Below are positions 35,410 through 44,558 of a DNA stretch of 64,000 bases, one piece after another. Positions within the stretch are counted from its first letter, which is position 1. The number at the start of each line of letters is the position of its first letter. The notes under the pieces were generated by a model. That model had not been told where the DNA came from. It searched no databases and saw nothing but the letters and a program-made list of their open reading frames with translations. The position numbers and the translations under genes are program-made. The stretch lies in contig NZ_JMCB01000002.1 of NCBI RefSeq assembly GCF_000737315.1, forward strand, positions 558,001-622,000, given 5' to 3'. Source of the stretch: Hyalangium minutum. GTDB taxonomy: Bacteria; Myxococcota; Myxococcia; Myxococcales; Myxococcaceae.

Positions 35410-36092
35410 CAGGCGATGGGCCCGCCCCGGAAGTCGAGGAAGGTTCCGCTGTCCTGAAGGGTGAGCCGGTCGATGAGGCCGATGAGGCCCGCGGCGGACT
35501 CGGCCACGGGTGTCGGAGCCTCCGAGCCGCCCATGTCGGTCTGCACCCAGCCGGGGCTGAGCACCACGGCGATGAGTCCCTCGGCGCGCAGGTCCTGCGC
35601 CAGCGAGCGTGTCGCCATGTTCAGCGCGGCCTTGGACATGCGGTAGCCATAGCTGCCGCCGGAGGTGTTATCGGCGATGGAGCCCAGCCCTGAGGTGATG
35701 TTGGCGATCTTCGCACCTGCGGAGCGGCGGAGCATGGGCAGCAGGGCGGAGGTGACGCGCAGCGCGCCGAGCGCGTTCACCTGGAAGGTCCGGGCGGCGT
35801 CATCCAGATCGAGCGCTTCGAGGCTGTCGGGCCGGCTTCTCACGCCCGCGTTGTTGATGAGCACATCGATGGGCTCGGAGACGGTGGACGCGAACGTGCG
35901 GACACTGGCCTCCAGAGACACATCGCAGGCGTGGAGTTGGAGCCGGCCGCCCGAGGGAGCCAGGAGGGCCGCGAGCTCGCGGGCGCGTCCGGGTGTCCGG
36001 GCACCGGCGTAAACGGAGTCACCGCGGGCGAGGTACTGACGGGTCAGCTCCAGTCCAATGCCGCGGTTGGCTCCAGTGATGACGATCTTCAT
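35406..36092 (-). CDS. Short-chain dehydrogenase/reductase, CsgA (C-factor)-like
   Basis: MKIVITGANRGIG, NNAG, YRMSKAALNM, PGWVQTDMGG; about 228 aa, matching CsgA p25 by eye along its length. Confidence 0.88.
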   Translation of the reverse strand: MKIVITGANRGIGLELTRQYLARGDSVYAGARTPGRARELAALLAPSGGRLQLHACDVSLEASVRTFASTVSEPIDVLINNAGVRSRPDSLEALDLDDAARTFQVNALGALRVTSALLPMLRRSAGAKIANITSGLGSIADNTSGGSYGYRMSKAALNMATRSLAQDLRAEGLIAVVLSPGWVQTDMGGSEAPTPVAESAAGLIGLIDRLTLQDSGTFLDFRGGPIAW

Positions 36093-36481
36093 GGCGGCGA
36101 TCTTACTGATGCCCTGGAGGTAGAGGTGCCCAAAGTGCTCACGCTGGCTCGCCCCCTCGTCCTCCATGCTCACCATGCGAGCGAGTGCAAAATACTTCGC
36201 CACCTTCGCGTCATGGACGCTTCAGGGAGCGCTGCGGAATGACACTGGGAGACGGACGGCACGGCGGCGATGAAGGGCAACGATCCGGATGCATGCGCGC
36301 TCACGTACCCCCGCGTCCCTGAAAGGTTCCCAGAATTGAAGCGGGAGTTCCCTGTCTCTCTCGATGAGCGAGTTTCCAGGTTCACCGAAGGGGTAGGGGA
36401 CAGGGGCTTACTTTGGGTTCGGCGCCATGCGAGGCGGGTTGTGCTAGGACTTGGGTGAGCGACCGCTGCCCACCGTACACC

Positions 36482-39400
36482 ATGGAATCCCCAGGAGCTG
36501 GACGACCGCGCCATCGGTTGGCTCGAATCCTCGCAGGCGTGCTCCTGGGGCTCCTGACGGTCCTCGTGCTGGTGCTGGTCACCGCGGTGGCCGCCCTGCA
36601 CAACCTCCATCACCCCTGGCTGAAACAGCGCATTGTTTCCAAGGTGGAGGCGGCCACGGGCCTGCAACTGGACTACCAGACAGCGCAGGTCGCTGTGCTC
36701 TCGGGGCTGCGGCTGGAAGGGCTGGTGGTGCGCACCCCGCCCTCATTTCGAAGCGTCGCGCCCGAGCTGCTCCGCGTCGGCTCGCTGGAGGTGCAGTGGT
36801 CGCCCCGCGCGCTGCTGAGCGGGACCCCCCGGGCCGAGCGCGTGGCGGTGCGGGATGTGGCCTTGGCCCTGGTGGCCGACGAGGCCGGGCCCACGTCTCT
36901 CTCAGAGTTGATGGGGCCCAAGGCCCCGGAACCACAGCCCGCTGAACCGCCACTCGGAGCCTCTCAGCAGCTCGCGGCCTTCCTGGCCTCCGCGCCTCCC
37001 TTCGGGAAGGCCGAGGTCTCAGGCGTGTCGTTGAGCTACGTCCGCGTTCGGAACGGCGAAGTGATGGAACGCTGGACCTTGCGCGGGCTCGCAGCCACGG
37101 TCGAAGCGAAGCATCAGGACGGCGGATGGAAGGTCTTCGCGGACATGGGCCAGTCCGGCACGCCGCTCCCACTGGAGGTGAGCCGTGAAGGTTCCGCCCT
37201 TCCAGCGGCTCAGGCCCAGCTGGAGCTGACCCTCTCGGCCGAGGCGGAGGCGTCGGCCGCTCGTGTGCGGGTGGACCTCGACGCCGCACGGCAGACATTC
37301 GAGCCGCGGTTCACGTCCCGTGCATTGCTGCACGGCGCGGCCGTGGCGCGGTTCGATGGGGAGAAGCGGCACATCACCCTCGAGCTGGACCGCACCCAGC
37401 TGACCGATGGTGCCGAAGTGCAAGCCCAGGTGGTGCTTCCGGATGCGGCGGAGGTCCCGCCCGTCGTGACGCGGGCCTTGGCGGACGTGGATCTCGGACG
37501 GTTGCTGCAATGGGTCCCGGCTGATGCGAAGCCGTTCTCGATCGAGCGCGGCAAGATGCATCTGGACGCCCAGGAGCTCACGCTCAGCGCCATGCCGCAG
37601 CTGGGAGCCCAGGGCAAACTCGGGCTGGACGTTGACGTTGCGGCGCTCCAGCTTGTGCAAGACGGGCTTCGGGTCGCTCTCGGCAGTGGGCGTGTCTCCG
37701 TGGTGGCGACCCCCGATCCTGAGAGAGGGCTGGCTGCGCAACTCACATGGGCACTCCAGGGGCTCGATGTCCGGGGGCCCACCACGCTGCTGGTTCCGAA
37801 GGCCTCCGGCGAGCTGAAGGGACGTCAGCTACGGCCCGAGCTCTCATCACCCCTCCAGGTGGCGGGGGATGCGGCTCTGTCCGGAAAGGTGGAGGCACTG
37901 GAGGTCCGCACTGCTGGGCTCCGTGCGACGGCGAAGAGCTTGGGATTTCGGCTCCAGGTCCCCTTGGCGGGGGAGCCTCCCTTCGCGCTGAAAGCGGATG
38001 TGCCCGTGGGGGCGCTCCAGGTAGTCATGGCGGATGGACGCGAGGTGCTGAACGGCCCTGTGCACGTGAAGCTCGACGCATCGGAGGTGTTCCCTCAGCA
38101 GGACGATCCGCGGCGGAGCCGGGCCCGTGCCCAGGTGGAGCTCGACGTGGGCTCGATGCACGCATCGCTGGATGCCACCAAGGGGACGGATGACGTGGCG
38201 TACGCCTTGGGAATCCAGACGCCGGACCTCGTGGCCGTGAGGCCCTTCATCCCCGAGTCTGTCGCCGCGCGCATCCCCTGGAAGCACCTGGGCGTGAAGC
38301 TGGACTCCACAGGCAAAGTGGCGGCGCTCTTTTCTCCCTCGCCACGGGTGGAGCACCGGACGGAGCTGCACCTGCAGCAGCCGGGCTGGGATGACGTGTC
38401 GGCCCGTACCGTCGCCTTCGTGATGCGTTCGCAAGGAGATGCCTGGCGGCATCAGGGCGAGCTGGACCTGCAAGTCGAAGCGCTGCGCGCTGGTGAGAAG
38501 GACCTGGGGGCTCAGCACCAGACCCTGACGCTGGACGTGGATCGCCGGAAGCCGTCGCTTCGGCTGGGGCTCACCAGCCATGCAGGGCTGAAGATCGCGC
38601 TCGATGCCGCGCTGGCGTTCGACCGGAAAGCCCGCGCGCTCCGCTTCGATGTGAAGGGCGACCTTCCGGAGATCGGTGCACTGGCACCGCTCCTGGCCAA
38701 GGCGCAAGTGCCCGCGGAGCTGGACCCCTCGAAGCTCGCGCTGAAGGCCGAGCTTCAGGGCACGCTGCTCGGCGTGATCACGGACCTCTCCGCCGATGGA
38801 ACCCCCATCTTGGCCTCTGATCCTCTGCGGACGGGCAGCTTCGAGGGAAAGGCAGTGGTGGACGCGAGCGGCATCCGATGGAGAGAGGACGCCTACTCGA
38901 TCAACCTTCCGGCGCTGCATTGGCAGGTCGAGTCGCACGTCGATGGGCCTCGGCGATCCGTCCACAGCAACCTGAAGGTGGAGAAGCTCAACGTGGGACT
39001 GAGCGATCGCCGGCTGTCCTTCGCCGGTATGTCCAGCGACACCACCGCCACCTTCACCGAGAAGTGGGACGCGGACGAGATGGAGCTGACACAGCTCTTG
39101 AAGGTCGGCTCGCTCGAACAGAAGCCGGCGCTGCCCTATCCGGTTCAAGATTTGGAGGGGTCGTTCTCCGTTCGCCGCAAGCCTCAGGGCGTCATTCACA
39201 TCCCTGATCTGCGGCTCGCCAATGCGGGGACGAGTACCCAGCTGAATGTCAAAGGCCGGCTCGATCTCAGCGACAACCGCCGCCAGCTGGCGTTCCAGGG
39301 GCAGCTGGAGCAGGACCTGTCCAAGTTGGCGCAGCCTGGCCTCATGGAGGGCAACGGGAAGGTCGCGGTCGACTTCCGGGTGGCTTCGCCCGACCTGGTG

Positions 39401-40168
39401 GTCTTCCGAACCCTCTCCAATGTGCTGTTCCAGAACGTGAACCTGCGGCTGCCCGAGTCGGGGATCGCGATCGAAGCGCTCGATGGCAACGTGCCGGTGA
39501 CCGAGAACGTGGAGCTCACCCAAGACCGGGTGCGGCTGCTGAAGGACATCGACGTGAACCCGTACTCGATGATCCGTTTCGCCGACCAACACCCCTTGCT
39601 CTCGCGCAGTGGCTTCATGTCGGCGGCCAGCATCACCTCGCCGTTCATCTCCATCGCGCCCCTGGCCGGAAACCTGTCTATCAACCAGAACATGTTCTCC
39701 ATGAGCCAGCTGGAGATGGGCGTCCGGGGTGGGCGTGTCACCGGGCAGTGCGTGCTGGACTGGCAGGGAGCGCGCTCCACCCTGGAAGCCCACGTGCGGG
39801 CTACCGGCGTGCAATCGTCCCGGGGCGAGCCCTTTGACGGAAACTTCGCCGTGGTCATCTCCGGCAAGGATCGCAGCGTCAACGGCCGGGCGGAGATCCT
39901 GCGCATTGGCAACCGGCACTTGCTGGACCTGCTCGACCTCAGCGATCCGCACCACACGGATCCCGCCACCAACCGCGTCCGCTACGCGCTGGAGGTGGGG
40001 TACCCGGAGAACGTGCGGCTGAGCTTCAACCACGGCTTCGGCAGACTGAGCATCACCATGGGCGGGATGGCCCGGCTGCTCAGCATCGACGAGATCCGGG
40101 GCATCCCCATCGGCCCCATCGTCGACCGAGCCATCAGCTCCTTGCCCCTCTCGGAGGCTATGCCATGA
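36482..40168 (+). CDS. AsmA/TamB/YdbH-like intermembrane beta-groove (lipid bridge) protein
   Basis: Single N-terminal TM followed by about 1,200 aa of amphipathic beta-strands; directly upstream of a YdbL-like lipoprotein. Confidence 0.65.
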   Translation: MESPGAGRPRHRLARILAGVLLGLLTVLVLVLVTAVAALHNLHHPWLKQRIVSKVEAATGLQLDYQTAQVAVLSGLRLEGLVVRTPPSFRSVAPELLRVGSLEVQWSPRALLSGTPRAERVAVRDVALALVADEAGPTSLSELMGPKAPEPQPAEPPLGASQQLAAFLASAPPFGKAEVSGVSLSYVRVRNGEVMERWTLRGLAATVEAKHQDGGWKVFADMGQSGTPLPLEVSREGSALPAAQAQLELTLSAEAEASAARVRVDLDAARQTFEPRFTSRALLHGAAVARFDGEKRHITLELDRTQLTDGAEVQAQVVLPDAAEVPPVVTRALADVDLGRLLQWVPADAKPFSIERGKMHLDAQELTLSAMPQLGAQGKLGLDVDVAALQLVQDGLRVALGSGRVSVVATPDPERGLAAQLTWALQGLDVRGPTTLLVPKASGELKGRQLRPELSSPLQVAGDAALSGKVEALEVRTAGLRATAKSLGFRLQVPLAGEPPFALKADVPVGALQVVMADGREVLNGPVHVKLDASEVFPQQDDPRRSRARAQVELDVGSMHASLDATKGTDDVAYALGIQTPDLVAVRPFIPESVAARIPWKHLGVKLDSTGKVAALFSPSPRVEHRTELHLQQPGWDDVSARTVAFVMRSQGDAWRHQGELDLQVEALRAGEKDLGAQHQTLTLDVDRRKPSLRLGLTSHAGLKIALDAALAFDRKARALRFDVKGDLPEIGALAPLLAKAQVPAELDPSKLALKAELQGTLLGVITDLSADGTPILASDPLRTGSFEGKAVVDASGIRWREDAYSINLPALHWQVESHVDGPRRSVHSNLKVEKLNVGLSDRRLSFAGMSSDTTATFTEKWDADEMELTQLLKVGSLEQKPALPYPVQDLEGSFSVRRKPQGVIHIPDLRLANAGTSTQLNVKGRLDLSDNRRQLAFQGQLEQDLSKLAQPGLMEGNGKVAVDFRVASPDLVVFRTLSNVLFQNVNLRLPESGIAIEALDGNVPVTENVELTQDRVRLLKDIDVNPYSMIRFADQHPLLSRSGFMSAASITSPFISIAPLAGNLSINQNMFSMSQLEMGVRGGRVTGQCVLDWQGARSTLEAHVRATGVQSSRGEPFDGNFAVVISGKDRSVNGRAEILRIGNRHLLDLLDLSDPHHTDPATNRVRYALEVGYPENVRLSFNHGFGRLSITMGGMARLLSIDEIRGIPIGPIVDRAISSLPLSEAMP

Positions 40169-40707
40169 AACACCGTGGGTTGCTGCTGCTTGCCGCCCTC
40201 GCCGCTCCCGGGTGCATCAGTGCCCCGGAGATCGTCATGGTGGATCGCGCGACAGCGCTCGAACAGCAAGCCTCCGGCTCGTTCAAGGACGTGGAGCAGC
40301 GGCTCGCTCGAGCGGGCATGAGCCCGACGCCGGTGCCGCTCACGCCCAACCAGCTGGAGGACCTGGGCATCCAGCCCACGCCGTTGGTCGAGAACACGGG
40401 CAAGACGCAGGCGGACCGAGTCGATGATCTGCTGCTGCGGCACTGCGTGGGCGAAGGGCGTAATGGACTGTTGGTGGTGGACAGCCGGCGCCGCTGCCAG
40501 ACCGGCCGGATGACGTCGGATGACGTGGCCCTGGTGGAGCGCGTGAATCGGGCCCGGCTGCAGCTGTGGCAGTGGATGGGGACCATGCGCCCCGGTGTGC
40601 CTGAGGAGGCGCTGCGCCGGAACTGGCAGCAGGTGCACGCGGCGGGGGTGATCTGCGGCGGCAAGGTGGAAGCCGAAGACGGCACCTGGGGAGCGAAGAA
40701 GTGCTGA
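40165..40707 (+). CDS. YnbE/YdbL (DUF1318)-like lipoprotein
   Basis: LAAPGC lipobox; LVERVNRARLQLW...GGKVEAEDGTW pattern; ATGA overlap with the upstream gene. Confidence 0.6.
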   Translation: MKHRGLLLLAALAAPGCISAPEIVMVDRATALEQQASGSFKDVEQRLARAGMSPTPVPLTPNQLEDLGIQPTPLVENTGKTQADRVDDLLLRHCVGEGRNGLLVVDSRRRCQTGRMTSDDVALVERVNRARLQLWQWMGTMRPGVPEEALRRNWQQVHAAGVICGGKVEAEDGTWGAKKC

Positions 40708-43700
40708 CGCGTCGAGGTCGATACTTCCTGGCCCTCGTCGTGCTCATCACGGGCAGTGTCTGGGCGCAGGATGATGAGAACGACGGAGGTCTGCGCACGC
40801 CCACGCGGCTCACGGTGGGCGTGGGAGACCAGTTTCTGGGGCAACTGGTGCCGGATGGGAACACGCTGATCTTCGCCTCCAACCGGAACATCGCGACCGA
40901 GATCTACGCTCAGGATGTGGAAGGGGGCCGAGAGCGCCGCCTCTTCGACGAAGGCGCTGACGTGACCTGGCCGCGGGTGAGTCCCGATGGCAAGCACCTG
41001 CTCTACATCTCGTTCCGAGACCAGGCCAGCGGCCAGCTGTGTGTGCGGGAGCTGCCCGGTGCGGAAGAGCGCCGCTGCCTCGAGGAAGAGACGAGCGCGC
41101 TGCAGGCGGAGTGGATCGATGCCTCGCACATCGCGCTGGTGAGCCGGGCGACCATCCAGGGCGATCTGCGGTTGTCGCGGGTCACGCTGGAGCGCAAGCT
41201 GAGCTCGAGCGCGCTGCTCGATCGCAACCTGACCAGTCCCACCCTCTCTCCCGATGGGCGCTGGCTGGTGTACGTCCCGGTGGAGCGCTCCGTGCAGCAG
41301 GTGGGCCCGGGCTTCGCCGCGCGCGCCGCGTCTCATCTAGAGGCCATTCGGCTGGATCGCCCTGGAGCGGTTCCCGTACCGCTGACGCTCGAACTCCCGG
41401 GACAGACCGGGCAGCCGGTGTTCTCGCGCGATGGGCGCTTCCTGTACGTGGTGCAGTTCTTCACGGACTCGAATGCGGACGGGGTGATCGACGCGAGCGA
41501 CAGCGGGGTGCTGTTCCGGGTGCCTTTCGAGGCCGAGCGCGAGGACGCGCCCGAGCGGGCCTCCGCCTCCAATCCGGACCAGCTCACCAGTGAGTCCTGG
41601 AACTGCGAGTACCCGGCGCCTGCGGTCGCGCTCCTCATCATGACGTGTTCACGCGACCAGTCGCTGGACGTGTATCAGCTGCCGCTGGATGGCCAGGTTC
41701 CCAGCACCTGGGACGTTTCTCGCCTCAGCGAGGAGCTGAAGATGGTGGGCCGGCGCGCGGATGAGCTCCTGCTCTATCGCCACCGCTTGCTGAAGGAGGA
41801 GCGGCCCAGGCTCCGCCGGCTGCTGATGATGCGCATGAGCCGGCTCCATCTCGCCTTCGAGGACTTTGGTGCGGCGGAGTTCTACGCCCGCCATATGTCC
41901 AAGGTGGAGGATCCTGACACCAAGGGACTGTCGGAGCCGCTGCGGATCCTCATCGACCACCGGCGCGACATGAAGGAGCGCGACCGCGGCCGCATGTTGG
42001 ACGAGCTGAGCGAGGCCGAGCAGCAACGCATGGCTGCTTTGGATCCCTCGGCCGCTCCCAGCCCGCCTTCCGCTGTCTTTCAACACGTGGTGCGCAGTGA
42101 GCTGGCGCAGTCCGCCGGTGACTTCACGCTGGCGCGCCGGGAGCTGGAGGCGGCGCAGATCGCCGACACCACGCCGCGCTCGGTGCTGGAGGCCTATTAT
42201 GATCAAGCGGACGCGCTGTACCGCCAGCTCGACGATCGGGAGGCGCTGGTGGAGGCCGGCCGACGGCTCTCGATGCACAGGGCCTTCAAGGAGGACGATC
42301 AGCTCGACTTTGCTCGGGCTGCCGTCCGCGCGCTGTACCGGGGACGCCCCTACGACGAGGCGGATGCCGCCATGGCCCAGGCGCTCGCATCGGCCCCGGC
42401 CGGCTCTGCCTACGCCTTCGCCTTGGAGCTCGGGCGGCACATCAACGCGATACACGAAGAGCGTCCGCCGCGCCCCGTCCGGGATGCTTTGATCGGGTTC
42501 TACAAGCAGCAGCAGGATCCCCTTCGGCGGCGGGCCGTGGTGCAAGACGCCGTCGAGCGCGCGGGGAGCCTTGGCGCCGACGGCGTGCTGGAGGCGGTGG
42601 CGACGGTCTACATCGATGATGCCCCGCCCGGCACCGAGGAAGGCCGCCGGGCCGAGCGGTTGTTTCGCAGGGCGATGATGGGCCGCGCCTACCGCCGGTT
42701 GGGGAGGCAGCGCCAGGACGAAGCGCGTGCGGACTTCGACCTCGTGACTCAGCGGACGGGCTCGCTGGAGAGCGCGGTCGAGTCCATGAACCTGCGTCTG
42801 CGCGCGGGCGTCAGCCCCGAGGTGGTGGAGAAGGAAGTCACCACTGCCTCCGCGAAGATGAAGCAGCCGCTCGCGCACTTCGTGAAGGCCTACGTCACGA
42901 CGCGCCAGCTGTCGAAGCTGGATGACAAAGCCCACGCGCAGGCGGTGGAGGCGGCTGTGAAGGAGCTGCGCGCCTCCTGGACCGAGCTCAAGAACCAGCG
43001 CGCGGTGCAGGCCCTCTATGGCGCCATTCAGCATGAGGACTTCCTGAGAGGCGGAGATCCTGCCGCCGCCGAGCGCGCCAACCGGCACTACCTGATTGCG
43101 CTGGACCTGGTGCGCAACAACATCCGCTACAAGGCGATGATCCTGGGCGCGCTGGGGACGTTGAACACGCAGGTGGGCAACTTTCACATCGCGCTGGGCT
43201 ACCTCGATCAACGGGACATGTATCCCTACGCGGACAACTGGGCGGGGTTGTCGGTGTCCCTGGAGCGCGCTCGGGCGCTCTTGCACGTGGGCCGCGAGGA
43301 GGAGGCGGCGAAGGCGGCGGATCGAGCGCTGGCCATGGTGGATGCCACGCCGAAGCTGGCCCGGTTCCTCCCCTTGGTCTTGGATCGCGCGGCGCTCTAC
43401 AACCTCGCGGCGGGCCGCTTCGAGCGTGCGTTGGCGCTCTACGATCGTGAGCTTCCCACCGTGGAAGCGGGCCCCCGAGACGCGGAGGGGCTGCGCAACC
43501 GCCTGGTGGTGCGGCTGGCCCGCTGCGCTGCGGAGCTGGGAGCGGATCAGCCCCAGCGGGCGTTGGAGGACCTGGCCGCCGTGGATCGCGACCTGGCGGC
43601 TCCCGCCGTGCAAGCCACACTGAATTGGCCACACGCCACACCCGAGCAGGTTCAGCGCTCCTATCGCATCATCGCGGCGGGCCTGCGCGCCAATGCGGAG

Positions 43701-44204
43701 ACGCGGCTCGGGCGCCTGGACGCCGCGGCCCGTGCCATCGAGCAGCGGCGCGCGCTGTTCCTGGAACAGTTCGCCGAGTCGGAGCGTGATGAGGACCTCG
43801 GCGCGGTGATGCTGGCGGAGCTGCGGCTGGCCGAGAACGCCGTGGATCGCCGGGAAACAGCGCAGGCGGCCCGCTGGCTGGGTGAGGCGATTGCGCACGC
43901 CGACACGCTGAAGGAGCGCACGCACGCATCGGTGGATGCTGGTCAGCTGGATGTGCTCTGGTTCGCGGCGCAGTTGCACGCGGACGGGAGCACACAGCTG
44001 CCTTTCGACGTGCCCAAGCGTCTGGGCCAGGCGCATCGGACGCTCATCGACCAGCGTCAGTCTTCCTGGCGATCTTATCTGGCGTGGTTCGAGATCTATC
44101 TGGCACTCGGAACCACCCCACCAGCGGGGGTTCGAGAGGCACTGCTGGTGCCCGCGCAGCCAGAGTCGGCAGACGGCCTGGGTCGAACTTCTCCAGGGCC
44201 ATAG
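40701..44204 (+). CDS. Secreted TolB-like (PD40) beta-propeller plus TPR-like helical repeat protein
   Basis: Signal peptide; repeated P..SPDG.(W/H)L.Y motifs; DSNADGVIDASD EF-hand-like loop; long helical repeat C-terminus; start overlaps the upstream stop. Confidence 0.75.
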   Translation: MLTRRGRYFLALVVLITGSVWAQDDENDGGLRTPTRLTVGVGDQFLGQLVPDGNTLIFASNRNIATEIYAQDVEGGRERRLFDEGADVTWPRVSPDGKHLLYISFRDQASGQLCVRELPGAEERRCLEEETSALQAEWIDASHIALVSRATIQGDLRLSRVTLERKLSSSALLDRNLTSPTLSPDGRWLVYVPVERSVQQVGPGFAARAASHLEAIRLDRPGAVPVPLTLELPGQTGQPVFSRDGRFLYVVQFFTDSNADGVIDASDSGVLFRVPFEAEREDAPERASASNPDQLTSESWNCEYPAPAVALLIMTCSRDQSLDVYQLPLDGQVPSTWDVSRLSEELKMVGRRADELLLYRHRLLKEERPRLRRLLMMRMSRLHLAFEDFGAAEFYARHMSKVEDPDTKGLSEPLRILIDHRRDMKERDRGRMLDELSEAEQQRMAALDPSAAPSPPSAVFQHVVRSELAQSAGDFTLARRELEAAQIADTTPRSVLEAYYDQADALYRQLDDREALVEAGRRLSMHRAFKEDDQLDFARAAVRALYRGRPYDEADAAMAQALASAPAGSAYAFALELGRHINAIHEERPPRPVRDALIGFYKQQQDPLRRRAVVQDAVERAGSLGADGVLEAVATVYIDDAPPGTEEGRRAERLFRRAMMGRAYRRLGRQRQDEARADFDLVTQRTGSLESAVESMNLRLRAGVSPEVVEKEVTTASAKMKQPLAHFVKAYVTTRQLSKLDDKAHAQAVEAAVKELRASWTELKNQRAVQALYGAIQHEDFLRGGDPAAAERANRHYLIALDLVRNNIRYKAMILGALGTLNTQVGNFHIALGYLDQRDMYPYADNWAGLSVSLERARALLHVGREEEAAKAADRALAMVDATPKLARFLPLVLDRAALYNLAAGRFERALALYDRELPTVEAGPRDAEGLRNRLVVRLARCAAELGADQPQRALEDLAAVDRDLAAPAVQATLNWPHATPEQVQRSYRIIAAGLRANAETRLGRLDAAARAIEQRRALFLEQFAESERDEDLGAVMLAELRLAENAVDRRETAQAARWLGEAIAHADTLKERTHASVDAGQLDVLWFAAQLHADGSTQLPFDVPKRLGQAHRTLIDQRQSSWRSYLAWFEIYLALGTTPPAGVREALLVPAQPESADGLGRTSPGP

Positions 44205-44207
44205 AAG

Positions 44208-44558
44208 TTACCCGGGGTCTAGAGCCCAGGTGCCTTCTTCCCAGCGCTTTAAGGCCTCTGAGGCTGAGAAGGAAACCAGTCCTTCTCCCTGAGCCGCGTC
44301 TTTCAACACTGCTTGGGCTTCTTCAGTTCGATGACGAAGGAGGAAGGCTGCTGCCTTGACTCGAACGTCCAGGCGGGAATGCGTGAACAGAGCCGCGAGC
44401 GCATCTCTTCCGGAGTTGCCCTGCGCGCACAGCTTGTCGAATGCCGCATTCACCTGCTTGGCGTGTTTGTTGGCGGTCTTCGAGTCTCCTCGGCTGATGG
44501 CATCCGTCTGAGCAGCGGCGTGGCGGGCAAACGCCTCCACGAGTTTCTCAAGGGTCAT
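44208..44558 (-). CDS. Putative immunity protein (DUF2019-like, HEAT-like helices)
   Basis: MTLEKLVEAF...DVRVKAAAFLL; ATGA-coupled to the toxin stop. Confidence 0.7.
   Translation of the reverse strand: MTLEKLVEAFARHAAAQTDAISRGDSKTANKHAKQVNAAFDKLCAQGNSGRDALAALFTHSRLDVRVKAAAFLLRHRTEEAQAVLKDAAQGEGLVSFSASEALKRWEEGTWALDPG

Noticed and set aside
36093-36480. In-frame extension of the SDR and short ORFs upstream
   Set aside because: No recognisable domain; the SDR fold starts at MKIVITG. A gene relic here cannot be supported.
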